Positions 13,078 to 24,681 of a stretch of DNA of 64,000 nt are shown here, piece by piece. Every line of letters begins with the position of its first letter. Within the stretch, counting starts at the first letter, position 1. The DNA comes from Selaginella moellendorffii. Lineage: Eukaryota > Plantae > Lycopodiophyta. The stretch is taken from contig NW_003314268.1 of the NCBI RefSeq assembly GCF_000143415.4, forward strand, positions 139,117 through 203,116, given 5' to 3'. A program made the position numbers and the translations under genes. The notes below the pieces were generated by a model. It ran no database searches, had not been told where the DNA came from, and was given only the letters and a program-made list of their open reading frames with translations.

Positions 13078-15361
13078 TCACCGGATGAAGCGTTTGAGGT
13101 GAAAGTGGTTGTGAGCATGTGGGAGCTCACATCCATCAGCATCAACTAGCACGTATGCTCCACCCCCGATGTGTCATTGGACAAAGTAGGGGCCGGTCTA
13201 GCGAGGGAAGAACTTTGAAGGTGGCATGAACTCTTTGAGTAGAACAAGATTGCCATCCTCGAATGGTTCGGCAGACCGCCAGTGATCAATGACGGACTTG
13301 ATCTTTTGCTTGCCTTGAAGGAGATGTTCAGTCATGGATTGTTGCTGTTCTTCCAAGGTGAGAACCTTCAAGTCACATGCATGAAGCTTGTCCTCATCAC
13401 TAAGCTGCATCGCTGTTGCGTATCGAAGTGAATGTGAGAGCGATGGCACCTAGATCTCCACTAGAAGCACAGGCTCTATCCCATAGACAAGGGAGAATGG
13501 GGTCACGGAGATGGCTGTCTTGAAGGACGTCCGAAAGGCCCACAATGCCATAACCAAGTGCTCGTGCCAATGCTTTGGGTGATCCTTAATAAGCTTTGAG
13601 ATGACTCTTCAATATCCTATTATTGGACTCGGCCTGGCCATTGCACTCAGGATAATAGTTGCTACTCTTCACATGCTTGACCTATAGCCATTGGAGAAGA
13701 TGCTACATGTGAAAAGTTGGCTGGAACTCTTGGATGGTCACAATCCAAGATAAAGTACAAGGACTGTGAATCGGTCTTTGTAAAAGAAAGGTTAGCAAAT
13801 TAAAATAGACATGGAAATAGATATAGGCTCCAGCGAGAAAGTGACGAAATTGCTCCAAGGTGTAAATAACAGCCACTGCTTCTTTTTCCGCATCCACATA
13901 CTTCTTCTCAGTCTCCTTGAACGAATGTGAGGCATAGTATGTTGCATGTGGGGGCTTGCCCAGCTATGAACATTGGCAAAGGCATACTCCAAAAGCCTCT
14001 ATACCTGTTGTGATGTAAATGTCACAAGGAAGTTGTCATTTTGGTGGTTGGAGTACCGGGGCCATGCGAAGTGACTACTTTAGTGATTCAAAGGCTTGTT
14101 GTTGGGATTTACCCCAGAAAAATGGAATTTTGTGTTGTAGCAGAGCTATCAGGGGCCGTGAACGTGTAGCATAGTTATGGAGGAAACGGCGAAAGAAACC
14201 TGTTTGCCTGAGGAAGCTGCGAAATTGCTTCACGTTGGTTGGTGGGTTCTGATCTAGAATCTCTTGAGCCTTGACTAACTAGGGCTTGATCCCATCCTGT
14301 GAGACATCAAAGCCCAGTAGCTGGCCTTCAGTCACCCTGAATTTACACTTTGCCGGGTTCAATGAAAACTTGTGTTGTCGGTAGCGAGTGAAGATCTACT
14401 CCAAGTGCACAAGGTGGTTCTCAAAGGAGTTAGAGGTCATGCACAGATCATCCATATACACCCTTAAGGCACCTCCAATCAAGTCATGAAAGGCGTGGGT
14501 CATAAAGCGCTGAAAAGTAGCTCCGACATTACAAAAGCCAAACGGGAGGACGTTGAAAGCGAAGACACCCCAAAGTATCCGAAAGGCCATAAGATCTCGA
14601 TGATTGGGATGAATGAAGATCTGGTTGTACCCTGAAAAGCCATTTATAAAAGAGTAGTAACGGTGTCCAGCCATCTCATCCACAATTGCATCGATAAATG
14701 GAGTCGAAAAGTGATCTTTCGCAATTGCCTTGTTCAAGTCTCAAAAGTCAATGCAGAGGCAAAGTTTTCCATTTGCCTTGCGTGCAGGGATGAGATTGGC
14801 CACCCACTCTGAGCTCCCCAAAGGGTAAATAAAGCCGTCTGCTAGAAGTCGCTCAATCTCCAACTTCATCTCTGAGTGAGCTGTCGGGCTAAAAAACTGC
14901 ATCTTTTGACAAACTAGTTTGGCTGACTTTGAAAGCATAATACTATGCATGATTGTGTCCATGGGAACTCCTAGAAGCTGGCTGTAGTCCCAAGCAAACA
15001 CGTCCTTGAAACAGTGGAGGAGATCCAAGAGCTTTGCTGCGTTTGTTGAAGCAAGTGATGTGGCAATAAAGACCAGGTCCTTGTCATCACCTAGGAAAAC
15101 AGCATGAACTCTGGAGTCTAGAGAAACTTTAGGCTCAGGGGGCTCATCTATCTTAGATTCCTCCCTGACCTTGGAAACCAAAGAGCAGGGAGTGCCTTTT
15201 GCCTCTCACATCATGGTGATTGCTTATTGTGATAACCTGTTTACCCAAAAGTTTTCTTCATGAGGGACACTTTGAAAAGTCACCTGAGAGAACTCATCCT
15301 TTAGGTTGACTGCCCGCTGCCATAGCTCTTTCAAGTTCTCTTTGCGGACTTGATATTCTGT
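13078..15361 (-). mobile_element. Tat-like Gypsy element C, 3' half: aRH C-terminus, RT, RNase H, integrase (pseudogenised)
   Basis: RT motif RVYMDDLC (ORF 14396-14737); LCLCIDF (14741-15181); RNase H AEKEAVAVI; integrase GQAES and GPYFV; aRH tail EYQVRKENLKELW...VTFQSVPHEENFWVNRLS at 15220-15361. Confidence 0.88.
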
Positions 15362-15538
15362 GGCTGCCGATTCCTTGTACTAAGAGGACCAAACAGAGTC
15401 AGTGTACTCACCGTACTAGCTGAGATCTCTGCCAATGGAAGAAGACAACGGAAGAAAGGCTCCACAACTCTGGGAACTATTGCTGCCACTCGTCTTTGCT
15501 CCATAGTCTCTGGAGCTCTCAGAAGCAAACCACCATAC

Positions 15539-15850
15539 CTACGACGAAATCCTCTCCACCAGCCACGAAAAAGCGTCCCATGCTACCTTTGCCGCCACTA
15601 TCTGTATGATAAGCACCCAGCCAACTCTTACTTTTTCACCAATCCATTCGACTACCAACTCTTCCTCAGCAGGGGTAAAGACTATCGGAATTCCTCTTGT
15701 TTTCGTCTTCGTGCACCCGTACACCCAGTCTGACAGCGAAGTGGCTGGAATTCCCCATTTCCTGCTTGCAGATCCCATTGGCATTCGACTGACTCCATCG
15801 GTGAGCAGCTGCAGGGCACTTATCCTCGTCCGGGCGGGCGACTGTTGCTT
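15539..15850 (-). pseudogene. HTH_psq plus CENP-B/Tc5-type HTH fragment (pogo-like transposase N-terminus)
   Basis: ASRKWGIPATSLSDWVYG...FTPAEEELVVEWI in ORF 15539-16060. No DDE domain follows. Confidence 0.7.
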
Positions 15851-18489
15851 CATATTTCGTTGCGAAAAACTTCTCCTCGAGGCAGTAGAAAGGAGAGATG
15901 CCATGTATCTGCCTTGAGATGGCTCGGTAAGTTTCCCAGACTTTTCCTCCAGACATTTGTACCAATCTTTTCTCACAACTCGTAGTGGCTGACGGATGCG
16001 AGGAGATGAAGCTTGTCGAGGCTGTGAGTTTTCAAAGAAGAAAGGAAACATTTGGAGCAATCCAGTAAAGGGTCTGAAGGTAATGCACGTCCAGTCTTCG
16101 CTTCTTGCCTGTGTGAACTAAGCCTTTCGGTATTGCAGTGCAAGTGAACTGATAATCACACGAGATCGCTGTGTATCTGCAAAAACAAGAACTTGGTAAG
16201 CTTTTCCGTTTGAGGACATTTTTTGAATTCTTAAGAGGTAAAAATTTGTAGGAGCATCCAATCGTGAATCAAGTCAAGGCTTCCATCTGAATTCATGGGC
16301 TTGGAGGTGGAAAAGGAGGCCGGTGGAGTTTCTTACGAAGGCTTGGTGAAAGATGAGGCCACCTGGGACACAGGAAGAGTTTGTTCTGTAGCTTCCTCAA
16401 CTCGACTTGGTAAGCCTTTCTCAACAAGCTCACTCGGCATAATGACTGCAGGAAACCAGCTTGCAGAATTTCCCTTTTACCGTCGTGTAAGACTCCAGTC
16501 GCTTTTTGCGTTGATTTTGACTCATCGATCCACTTGTATCTCACCCACACAACAGCGTACCTGTGGAACAGAATATTTCAGGTAAGATCTTCTGTTTTGA
16601 TTCACAAGTTCATACATTTCACTAATCTTCTGTAGCATCCAGTGATACAGCATTTCTAGCGCATCCATTGATCAGCCGAGACATAGATTGATCCAATTGC
16701 AAACACAGGAACAGGATGAAGCTACCGGAGGACTTCAGACAGGGCAAGCAAATTGAGGGACGGAGTTAGTGTTCTTATGATTTTCAGAAACCGGTTTCAA
16801 AATTTGAATTTCCTCGCCCAGTGTGTTTAAAATCCGACCATGATTATGCTAGAAAACTAGCAAAATCTCTGTTCGGTCTTTAAATGTTGGGAGCGCACTG
16901 ATTGTGATTAGTGACAGTGTAATTTGAATTCTCGCTGTTTAGATTCAACATTGGTATTGATTGAAATTCAGATTCAAGAATTATGGGAAAGGAAATTACA
17001 TAAGATCTGGGAATGTTTGGAACAGAATCAAACCGTGTTTAGCAATAAACCATTTAGGGATTGTTTTGGGTTGCAGGCAGGTTACAATATAAAAGCCCGC
17101 ACGGTAGACTGTGACCTGAAATCTGATCTTATTCACAATCATCAAAAAGAGCCATTCACAAACATCAAAAGATGGTCTTCCTTACGTGACTGCTATGAAT
17201 CCCAGAGCTTCATGAATGAATAAAAAACCTAATGTGGCCTCAATGAATTCAGAAATTTTTGTGACAGATAAAAAGTATTCCAAAAAGTATACCTGTCTCT
17301 AAGTTAGTTTTCATTTAATGATGTCTTTTGTTATAAGTAACCTGTTTATACTTTTTAGGTGAAACAGAAAAGCCCTTTGTTTTAGAGACATTAAACAGGT
17401 GTTTATAGACAAAACATAAGATAAAAATTACTAGAATACAAATACCACAAAACTAATATTAATTAATTCATGTTAATCAATCAATCAATTTAAATTATAA
17501 CCGTAAACCCATTTGAGATTGTTTATTCGTATATTTGAGACAACAATGGGACCGTACTCATTCTTTGCCATCTACAAACGATTACGCGCCCAGCTACTTG
17601 CACCCTGGAAACTCTGTTTTTGACATTTAACTCCTTTAAACCATGACAGTTAACCAGCTCCAGATTCATGGGGTTAAACACGTTGCCAAAGCACGGTAAG
17701 ATGCACGTTTGGCTCAGCAACAAGATTCTTTGTGGAAGCACCCAAGAGCTGAGGATTGTACCAGGTTGATTACACACTGGCATGGGTGTATATTAGTGGG
17801 ATTAAGCACCTGACGTGAACTTGTTTGTTTTGCTTGGATGGTTTACGTCAATCATCTGTCAATCCCGGCTCTTACACATTCAAACTTGATGGGCCTTGTG
17901 TGTTTAAGCCAATCATGGCCAAGTTCATGTTGGACGTCTTGCCCAGCGAATCAAGCCTCCCAACTTAAAAAGGAACTTGTGATTTCTTGTCAAGTGTTTA
18001 TTTCTCCGCTGGTTTGCTGGATTTGAAGATCAGTGCTGGTCATTTTGAAAGCTGCACTGGAGTAATGCAAGATATTCGTATCTAAATACCTAAAGATCCC
18101 AAGCTCTCACCACAGATCTAGATGATAAGCAGCGCTGGCCTGGATATACGTGCCACCTACCCGTCCATCCACACCAAACTCACAAACACGTCTCAAAAAA
18201 TAGTCAGTACTTTCGTTGTCAAGTTATGTTTAGCTGTAAAATATCTAGAGAATCGAATATAGACGTACCCGTACCATAGTCATCTCTTGGTTTGGGACCA
18301 GTGTACCATCGGGCATGTCGCGACTCGAGTCTGTGACATATGGTGACATATATCAGATATGCGAGCCTTTGGCTGTGAGCGTATATCAATATATGTGGCG
18401 CACAGCCTTCGCTTGGGCCCAGTGTCACTACAGCCAAACTAACGACTATAAAACCCACTTTGTATTCGTTTCTCTGCAGATCCAAGAAA

Positions 18490-21051
18490 ATGTTTCGCCT
18501 TGTTCTCATCACTCTTCTTCTGCTCTTCCTAGTCGCAAGAAGTGCCGAGCAGCAGGATGGTCTGGTTCGAACCATCAGCAGTGGCGGGGACAAAGTGACG
18601 GTGGACTTGAAGCCCTTCTCAATCCGCAGTCCCAACTTTGGCGTGCTAGTGCAGAATGACACTGGCAGCTTTCTCTCATACGACAACATCCCGCCTTCTC
18701 GTACGTACCTGGGTTCAGTAAGAGACCACCCCGGTGCCATGGCCACGGCCTTGCTCAACGTCAACGGAACTCTGCTTTGTCGAATCAGCTTCGAGAACGG
18801 GGTGGAGTGGAGCAGCACCGGAGGCGAGGCCTCGGTGAGGGGAACCACGGGTTGGAACTCGAATCCCCGGTGGCCAACCAGCCTCGTTCCTGCTTCCAAA
18901 TCCGACGCTGTACTCTTCGTAGCGGAAGTCGGAGTGGATGCTACTTACTTGTACTACCTTTCAACAGGTTCTAGCGTCGAGAACACAGTGAACATGGCAG
19001 AGTTCTCCATCCTGTCTGCGAATATGCCCTTCCTCCGAGATGCTTCCATTCTTCACACGATTGGGAAAGTGGTGATCCGTGCAAGTCAGTCCCAAGATCC
19101 ATATGGAAACCCCAAGACCGGAGTCCTGCTCGACAGGGTGGAGAAACAATGGAGAGGTGCCATTGCTTCCGTGGTAGGCAACACTCACAAGCTCTGCTTG
19201 GTTGCCCATCCTCGGGCTAACGGAGGCTTGGCATGGGTAGCAACGGCGGCTAAGCCGGTGGGATACTCGGCCATCAGTGCTACTGCAAACGGAGATTTCA
19301 CGGTCATCTGGCGGCACGAGGCTGGTCACAACTGGGGATCTAGCCACTACGAAGGTGGTGGACGGCCCGAGGGACCGACTATCATGTCCGACAACCAGCT
19401 CTCCCGTTTCTCGTCTTCCGAGCTTGCCAAGATCCTGCGCTACAAGTCTGGTGTTCCTCGCCTTGCAAGCAACATTACGGTTGCCCGTCCACCCCGTGCG
19501 AATATGGATGCGATCGACATCCCGCAGAATTGCACCTGTTGCACTTGCTTCAAGAGCCTGGACGTTCTGGCCAACGATCTGGATGCCGACGTCAAATCAC
19601 TCACGATCGCCTCGGTCCAGTCTCCTTCGGCTTTGGGCAGTGCCACTAGCATCTCAAACTCTAGCTGGAACCAGATTACTTACACGCCGTCTTTGGCAGC
19701 AGGATTGTTTCTCGACCATCTCAAGTACACTATCCAGAATTCCCTCTTGAGAAGCTCCACAGGATACGTAACCCTCCGTCCCGCTGCTCTCCTGGGCTGG
19801 TGGAAGATGGATGAGGCGAGCGGCTCGAAAGTGCAAGATTCGTCTGGGCATGCAGCGAATGGGGTACTCAAAGGAGGATCCTGGAACAACGGCAATGGGC
19901 TTTCCTTTGGAGGTGCAGGGACGGTGTCACTCGGCGCAAGTCCCTCCATCAGAGGCAAGACATCCTTCTCCATCGCCTTGTGGATATATGTTACCAGTAC
20001 TTCAGAACAAGTCATCATCCAGCAAAGGAGTCCACCGAGCAGCATCACAAGTGGCTCCGACGGAGGATATCAGCTCAGTCTGTTTGAAGGCAAGCCCCGG
20101 TTCTGGGTGTTTTCGGACTCCGGAGATCAATTCAGATTCTCTGCCTCAGCTGCCATCAACGACGGTGGATGGCACCACATCGTAGCCGTTCGTGATCAGG
20201 CCGAGGGCCAGATCTACATTGATGGCAAGCTATCGGCCTCTGCAAGCGGCGACATCAAGTATTTGGATGTAACTATCCCCGTGTTCATGGGTGCTGATGC
20301 GCGCGACAACACCTCATTCCTCACGGGTTCCTTGATGGGGGCAAAGATCTACAGCCGAGCTCTAGAACAGGAAGAGATCGGGTATCTCAGCACCTGGCCA
20401 GAAGCTCTCGTGGCATGGTGGAAGCTGGATGACAAGAGTGGAGTCTCTGCAAAGGATTCGTCCTGGAACGGAGCAACCGGGAGCATCGAGGGATCAACGA
20501 CGTGGAATCCCGACGGCGGACTTACCTTCGACGGCGCTGGCAAGGTGGTGCTAGGAACAAAACCCTCTCTGTCTGGCAAGACATCCTTCTCCATCCATGC
20601 GTGGGTGAAGGTGCCACCAAGTGCTGGTAAAATTTCACGAGCGATCATCATCCAGCAAAGGAGCCCGCAAAGCAGCACAACAAACGGTTTCAATGGCGAA
20701 TACTTGCTCTACTTGGTCCATGGCAAGCCTCACTTCTTTGTGTATGGGAATTCTGCGACTCAGTTCGACTTCTCTGCGTCTTCTGCCATCAACGACGGCG
20801 AGTGGCACCACATTGTGGCCGTGCGTGATAACGGTGTGGGGCGGATCTACATTGATGGCGAGCTGTCAGCTTCTAAAAGTGGCACTGTGGTGAGGAGCTT
20901 GGATGCATCTATCCCTGTGTTTCTGGGTTGGGATTCTCGCTCGGGCAATTCCTTCTTCACAGGTTCCTTGAAAGGTGTCAAGATTTATAACCAGGCTGTG
21001 GCACCCAACTTTGAGGCCGAGCGTAACACCATGCTCCTGGCATCAGCATAA
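18490..21051 (+). CDS. Secreted M12/reprolysin-like zinc metallopeptidase with Big_9/cadherin-like domain and two Laminin-G (ConA-like) domains; intronless, 853 aa from ATG 18490
   Basis: Signal peptide MFRLVLITLLLLFLVARSA; metzincin motif HEAGHNWGSSH (19315-19347) with Met-turn TIMS; LDVLANDLDAD..LTIASV Big_9 motif; two LamG repeats (WWKMDE/WWKLDD, DGGWHHIVAVRD/DGEWHHIVAVRD, IYIDG). Confidence 0.9.
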   Translation: MFRLVLITLLLLFLVARSAEQQDGLVRTISSGGDKVTVDLKPFSIRSPNFGVLVQNDTGSFLSYDNIPPSRTYLGSVRDHPGAMATALLNVNGTLLCRISFENGVEWSSTGGEASVRGTTGWNSNPRWPTSLVPASKSDAVLFVAEVGVDATYLYYLSTGSSVENTVNMAEFSILSANMPFLRDASILHTIGKVVIRASQSQDPYGNPKTGVLLDRVEKQWRGAIASVVGNTHKLCLVAHPRANGGLAWVATAAKPVGYSAISATANGDFTVIWRHEAGHNWGSSHYEGGGRPEGPTIMSDNQLSRFSSSELAKILRYKSGVPRLASNITVARPPRANMDAIDIPQNCTCCTCFKSLDVLANDLDADVKSLTIASVQSPSALGSATSISNSSWNQITYTPSLAAGLFLDHLKYTIQNSLLRSSTGYVTLRPAALLGWWKMDEASGSKVQDSSGHAANGVLKGGSWNNGNGLSFGGAGTVSLGASPSIRGKTSFSIALWIYVTSTSEQVIIQQRSPPSSITSGSDGGYQLSLFEGKPRFWVFSDSGDQFRFSASAAINDGGWHHIVAVRDQAEGQIYIDGKLSASASGDIKYLDVTIPVFMGADARDNTSFLTGSLMGAKIYSRALEQEEIGYLSTWPEALVAWWKLDDKSGVSAKDSSWNGATGSIEGSTTWNPDGGLTFDGAGKVVLGTKPSLSGKTSFSIHAWVKVPPSAGKISRAIIIQQRSPQSSTTNGFNGEYLLYLVHGKPHFFVYGNSATQFDFSASSAINDGEWHHIVAVRDNGVGRIYIDGELSASKSGTVVRSLDASIPVFLGWDSRSGNSFFTGSLKGVKIYNQAVAPNFEAERNTMLLASA

Positions 21052-22206
21052 ATACCATATATATGCTATGTATTGTGATATATTTTGAATATATATTAAA
21101 TGTATTGAATATTAAATATATCTAATAAATACTATATTATTTATATTTTATCATTCCTTCCAAAGGAACAGGAATTCACCCGCAATTTTTGATGCTTTTC
21201 ACCTCAGCGAAACACCATGTAATTTGCTTGTTCAAATGTATGAGAGCAAAGATTCGACAGAATCCGAGGTCCAAGCAATGCAGGTTTAGAGATTACTTCC
21301 CAAACGGCAAACGACTACTCTAGGTAAGTCAAATTTGAATTTTGACAAAAAAATTCACGAGCTGAATGACCCACTGGAGTCTCAGTAAGCGGATGTGATC
21401 GGTTCAAGCAGGAAGAATATCCCTCAAACAACGTGCAATTATTTTAAAAAATTATATAAAATGTCTTCTACTTTAGGGTTCTTCAGTGAAAATGCGCTCA
21501 AGATCTGGCTGGAAGGCTTCTGCAATGAATTGGTACGTATCCAATAATCGTTGGATTCGTCCGGTTCTTTTCTGATCATTTTTCTTCGTTTTTGGTACAG
21601 TTCAAGGTGGATTGAGTGAGAGCTCATAAATGCGAGTTCCTCTTCTGTTCAATCATACAAGGTTGTGATCAGGATGAACTGGACACCGACTAGATGCGCA
21701 AGTCTAAGGGTTCTAGTCGCCTACTGCTTCGTCCACATACCACGAATCAGGTGTGAACTAGATTTAGTTTGTAAATTGTGGATGAAGGTTTCGGAAATAC
21801 TTTGCTACAGTAGTAAATCAGGTTTCTCAAGTTGGTCACACTGGACTAATTGGAGGAAGTGTTCCTCTGTTTGATGAGGTAATTGGATATCTTTTAATTT
21901 TCCAAGAATGTTGCAATTTGATATATAATCAAGCAGATTATACTGAATCTCGATGCCATGAACTCAACCCTTTGCTTTTGATGAGGTAAACCTTCTTCGT
22001 TCTTTAGTTTTTTGTTATTAGTTGATCTTCAGTCACTCATAATAGATCAGTATTGTCATCCATTGCCTACTGTAAATGAACTGTTCTATCTCCTCATCGA
22101 GATCACAAAGGTGCAGACGAAAGCTCACGCAATTCATTACAGCAGAAGCCCTAAATCCGTAAATAATCAGCACTTGGTTTTTTTCTGATAAGCTTTCCCT
22201 TACTAG

Positions 22207-22282
22207 GTGCAATTGATGAAGAACATGAAGAAGCTCTTGGATCCTAAAGGCATTCTCAACCCTTACAACGTTCTTGCGTAAT
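22207..22282 (+). pseudogene. Isolated last exon of an FAD-linked oxidase (D-2-hydroxyglutarate dehydrogenase-like)
   Basis: After an AG acceptor: VQLMKNMKKLLDPKGILNPYNVLA*, the FAD-oxidase C-terminal DPxGILNP motif. The rest of the gene is not evident. Confidence 0.65.
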
Positions 22283-22917
22283 AGTCGGGAACTTTCAGAC
22301 AAATCTTCGACAAACTCTGAAAATACATTTTTCTAAAAATCGATTTAGAAACAAGCTCAAATTGTCCTGAATGTTACTTAAAAAACATTTAAGTTTTTGG
22401 TCGCACCAAAATGGCGGCAGGATTTTTCCGGCCGCACCAGCTGTGCAACAGGAAAAATCCTGCCACACCTTCTAGCATCGACTTGGTGAGCGCATTCAGT
22501 GCCTTTTTGGCCGCACTCTTCTCCACCAGAATGAGAGGAGACATTCTTGATTGTTGATCCATAGCTGAAGACTGCTCACTAATTCCTCAACTCACCTGGA
22601 TGATCGATCGACGCCTCCTCTAAGCGCGAATACAAATGCACAGGCTTCTAAAATTAGGGCCTACTTAATAATGATTTATGTCAGAAAATCGCTTGCCCTA
22701 ATACCCTGTATTTTCTATACTTGGAATAATCTCCAAATAATTATGTCACCAGGTAGGAATAAACCTATCCCCAGGTTCGAATCCTGGCAACCCCCTAATT
22801 TTTTGTTTTAGTTTAGTTTAGCTGACTTGCATACTAAAATACGCTTTAAAATCGTATAGTTTATCAATATTAATTTAGGGCAAGAGGCATGAAATTTTGA
22901 CTTTGGTTTTAAGTTAA

Positions 22918-23002
22918 GGTACTTGGCTGCTATGACGGCGTCCCTGTGAGTCTTAGAGCTGATAAAAGACTCACAAGGACGCCGTCATAGCAGCCAAGTA
23001 CC
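22918..23002. repeat. Near-perfect inverted repeat (37-bp arms, 11-nt loop)
   Basis: GGTACTTGGCTGCTATGACGGCGTCCCTGTGAGTCTT and its reverse complement at 22966-23002, one mismatch. Confidence 0.95.
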
Positions 23003-23760
23003 CATTCCAGTTCATCTGGCTGGTAAGGTATACTAAGCAGCAGAGCTTCAGCATCTCTCAAAGAACTCGCCCGCCCTAACAAATCGATCATGCAGCAATA
23101 ATGTAGGCTTCAGCCCGTGATCAAACATCAGACTCACAAAGCAAGACCTACCAGCCTCCAGCTTCCCGATCCGGCCAAAGACAACAGAAAACATGTCTCA
23201 TCCGGCAACTTGCTAAAGGTTTCCATGGCGTGCCTGGGATACCCGTTCTGGGCATACCCAGCCAGCATTGTGTTCCAAGAAGCAATGCCTTTCCGGGTCA
23301 TCTGCAGCTGAAATGCCGATGCTTGAGTCATATCTCCGACTTGGACATAAGTGGCCAGCATTGCCGTCCACGACACAGAGCTCCACTCGGGCATCATTTC
23401 AAAGACGCGCTCCGATCCTTTGAGATCTCTACAGAAGCAGAACACACGAAATACGTCCCGCTGAGGCATCACACCGAAAATCTGACTAGCCTCGTCTGCG
23501 TGACCGTTCCGGGCATACAACATTAGCATCGAGTTCCACGACACCAGATCCCGCTGCGGGGATTCCTCGAACACCGCCATCGCCTCCTCCACGCAATTCA
23601 TCATCCTGGTGTTCTACGCGGAAAGCATGACATTCCACGAAACCAGATCCCTCACCGGCAATTCGAAACGAAACATCTGTCTGTGGCTCTGTCCAGATGC
23701 CCATTCCGGGCATATCCAGAAAGCATCCAGGCGGCCAGGTTCCAGTTTGCCGCGAACTCT
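23003..23760 (-). pseudogene. PLS-class pentatricopeptide repeat protein pseudogene/fragment
   Basis: PQRDLVSWNSMLMLYARNGHADEA, SWTAMLATY, SWNTMLAGYAQNG and TYCCMIDLLGRA motifs; frameshifts and deletions. Confidence 0.85.
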
Positions 23761-23769
23761 CTACTCGGC

Positions 23770-24681
23770 CGTCGTTGTCAGGCGGAGCAGTTAAACTGGG
23801 AACGTAGGCAACGTTCCATACGGACTCTTCTCGGTTCACGTTCCAACGAGGGACGTGCAAATGCCAAGCACGAGTGTCCAGATTGAAGGCCACCGGTCGG
23901 TCCAACAAGTGGAGAAAGAGCATGTTGTTAGCCCGTTTGCAAGGAAGCAGGTGATGGGGCTCCACGTTCCTGCACAAGCCTCTCACATCGATGCTGGACA
24001 CAATCGTCCACTCCAGCTGCTGCTCATCAGCTTCTTCATCAGCCGCCTCCACGATGACCATCCACTTTGGAGCGAAGCAAGGCCTTGCGAAGGGCACACC
24101 ACCAGCGTGTTTCCCCACAACCACAATGCCTGCTGCCATCAGCTTGGACCGGTGGTCCAGCCTGCCATACACCGATCCCGCATCATCCGAACCTCCTTCC
24201 GGCGGCAGTGGGGGCAACGACTTGAAATGCCAAAACGCCCATGCGTCCCTTGCCCGGCTGTAGCCACTGATTGTGTAGCCCAAACTCACTGAGTCGCAAC
24301 AGGAGGCGTATTGCGCGTATTGCACGTCCACCTGAAAAAACACCCGGTAATTCGTGGTGGTTCTGGTTCGTGGGGCACCTGCCATCCTCATCGGACACCC
24401 AAAGAGACACCGACACATAGCCCAACACGACTAAGTCGCAGGAGCCGCAGGACAGCAAAAACTTCTCCTGCAACCGTCTTGGGCAACCGCTTCAAGGCGC
24501 CAGTCATGGGGTTCATGACTGAAAACCAACTTGCATCATTGGACGTGACAATTCCTGCTGACATATCGAATAAAGACAATAATGCGTCAGGACAAGGGAG
24601 AGGCATGATATCTTTGTTGTGTTCACTCTTTTTAAGCAAGAAGGGTTGGGGGTAAGCTGCCGAAGCAAGAGAAGGATTCAT
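23770..24681 (-). pseudogene. F-box-associated/kelch-like protein fragment
   Basis: FSVMNPMTGALKRLP, WHFKSLPPLP, VAFNLDTRAW and VAYVPSL resemble plant F-box C-terminal regions; the frame changes between ORFs 24388-24681 and 23486-24418. Confidence 0.55.

Noticed and set aside
15355-15370. TA TSD or canonical Helitron/LTR termini for the cargo block
   Set aside because: Junction sequences (TTCTGT|GGC and GTA|AATAAG) fit none of these exactly, so the mechanism is left open.
18219-20693. Antisense and alternate-frame ORFs over the peptidase (also over KIN17 and LRR)
   Set aside because: Shadow ORFs of GC-rich coding sequence with no recognisable motifs.
22745-22800. Functional tRNA gene
   Set aside because: Only a T-arm; no convincing acceptor stem, D-arm or anticodon arm.
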